From assembly GCA_013265495.1 (NCBI GenBank), contig MU058384.1:3137010-3201009 (forward strand): 64,000 nt of DNA, written 5' to 3'. Both the position numbers and the translations under genes were made by a program. Under the pieces are notes generated by a model, which saw only the letters and a program-made list of their open reading frames with translations, was not told where the DNA came from and ran no database searches. Position 1 is the stretch's first letter. Each line of letters begins with the position of its first letter. The stretch is from Vicugna vicugna (taxonomy: Eukaryota). Of the stretch, positions 62,109 to 64,000 are shown one piece after another.

Positions 62109-64000
62109 CTCATAAATCCATGTCAACCAAATAAAAATTGTTTTTTTCTAGCTATGAATTTCTAGTCTTCTCATTTAAGTAAGTCTTGTTGCATTATGAG
62201 CAATCGTTGGGACAGTGGTGTTGTCCCTCAGTATAAAGTTGAAAGCTTTTTAAAACTTTTTTGGCAGTAGAAAAAATTAGAAATTTGTCTGGGAACTCTG
62301 TCCAGAAGCAGAAGGATGTCTATAGTATTCATTTTTTTAAATGCTATTTCTTAGCAGGATTTCAGTCTGACAGCATTCTCTGCCACTTGACCTCGACAGC
62401 AGTTTTGGAGGCATCCCAGGACTCAGAAGTCACATCCCAAGAAGTTCTCAGTGTTTTCATTCTTACAGCTTATCTCAGGCAATTTGACTGGTTCAACATA
62501 TTGCAGTTGCTGTGAATGGTGACCAGAAACAGCACACTTGCTCTTCCTCTGACTTTGGAAAAGTCGCAAATGGCTATATATTAAAATATTAGAATCAATG
62601 TTAGCATTTCCATATATTTATAAACATATATGTTGGGAGCACTTTTATGCAAACAACTCTTTAAAATACACCTATGGGTAGGATTAAATTTATGTATTAT
62701 GAACAAAGGCCATGTACACAGTCTGTTCCACATCCTCCTTCTCTCCCCACCCCCAGCCTCCTTACGAAGTTGTTGTTTTTTCCTAAATGTCTAGCCATAT
62801 TTATTACACTTGCCATAATAAAAAGGAGAAAAAAACAAAGTTCTAAAGTGTCTAATTGAAGTACTCACTTCTGGGAACATAAATACTCCAATATTCTGCT
62901 ACTTCTTACTATCAAGGATTATAAAATAAAGAATTAAAATTACTAGGAAAATATGAGGGTTTGGAAAATCACTGTTTCTTTCACCAACATCTTAAATAAT
63001 GTTATGTTATGAAAATATATTAATTTCCATTATCATTTTATGTTGTAAAAATTAACATTTCCCAAATATACAAGACCTTTTTACAACCAGTTCTTGACAG
63101 TACTGTTGAGAATATCATTTCAGTAGTTAAGCAGGAGACTCAGATTGGTCTGCAAGTAAAATACAGAATGATAAATATCTACACATTTTGAGTAATAATT
63201 TGTTTCCAGCCTGTTTCCTCTCTTCTTACCCTACTCCCCAAAGTAAAAGAAAAACAAAACTTGAGGCTTGAATTGTCAAGATAATTGCTTCAATTTTATT
63301 ATATATTATAACATTATATAAAGATGAAGGTGAAAATTCAGCCAGTAACAATTTGATTTTATAAACTTTACGTTCAGACTGTTGGTGTTATGCAAAGAAA
63401 ATAAAACATACCTATAAAATAGAAAAATACAATGGTCTAATGAGAAAGGAACGTACCTGACATTTCCTTGTTTTTAGAAATGATGAATCCCAGTCCCCCC
63501 CCCCGCCCCCATCTGAGCACAGATTCTGTAAAAACTCAATCAGCCATGGAAATGCTGATTTTTAAAAACTGCCATTTTGACTTTCCAAGATTCAGTAGCA
63601 GACTCCTGAGTTATCATTTTCTCAAGATAATGTGTGTAAATCTGTGTTTGTTAAGACTCAACAGAACATTCCAAATCCAACGCTGCTTATGAACAGGTGT
63701 GTAATATGTTTTCCTTGGTCTTTATTATTATCTGAAAAATAACGTATTCCCTTTTATTTAGGACTGAAAGGCTTCAAAGAAATATTTTAATGTATTTAAC
63801 TTTATGCAAATATACACGTAAGTTTTAGAACGAACACGTATAAATACCTATAATAAAAAAGCTATGTAATAAATTGACGACATGAGGTTAACATCTCTCT
63901 AATTCTTGTTGCTGTATTCATAGGTTCTCATATTCTAATCTCTTTATGGTATCTATTTATTTATATAGTTTGTGTATAAATAAATACAATTTACTGAATA

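Noticed and set aside
1..64000. CRISPR arrays, operons or other prokaryotic systems; a named host gene
   Set aside because: The sequence is mammalian repeat-rich DNA; no repeat-spacer array and no exon assignable to a known gene

Overview
Mammalian, repeat-rich, apparently intronic or intergenic DNA. It is very likely camelid: three copies of a tRNA-derived SINE resemble the camelid vic-1 type, and the younger L1 3' ends look like cetartiodactyl L1. I recognise no host protein-coding exon. The ORFs in the track are chance ORFs or fossils of L1 ORF2 or L2 ORF2, and ERVL pol/dUTPase remnants lie outside the listed ORFs. Much of the window is L1, L2, MIR, MaLR/ERVL/ERV1 LTRs and hAT elements, often nested and with readable target-site duplications (TSDs). 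Family names come from my recall of consensus sequences, not from a search, and most boundaries are approximate. The most interesting unique-sequence signal is a candidate minus-strand mini-gene at ~9.9-10.5 kb: TATA box, 106-nt GT-AG intron, 39-codon ORF with one hydrophobic segment, and ATTAAA. Other notable signals: a TSD-flanked chimeric L1 at 24 kb, a MER41-like LTR keeping a GAS/STAT motif, a CpG-rich candidate promoter at 52 kb, and several candidate conserved non-coding elements.
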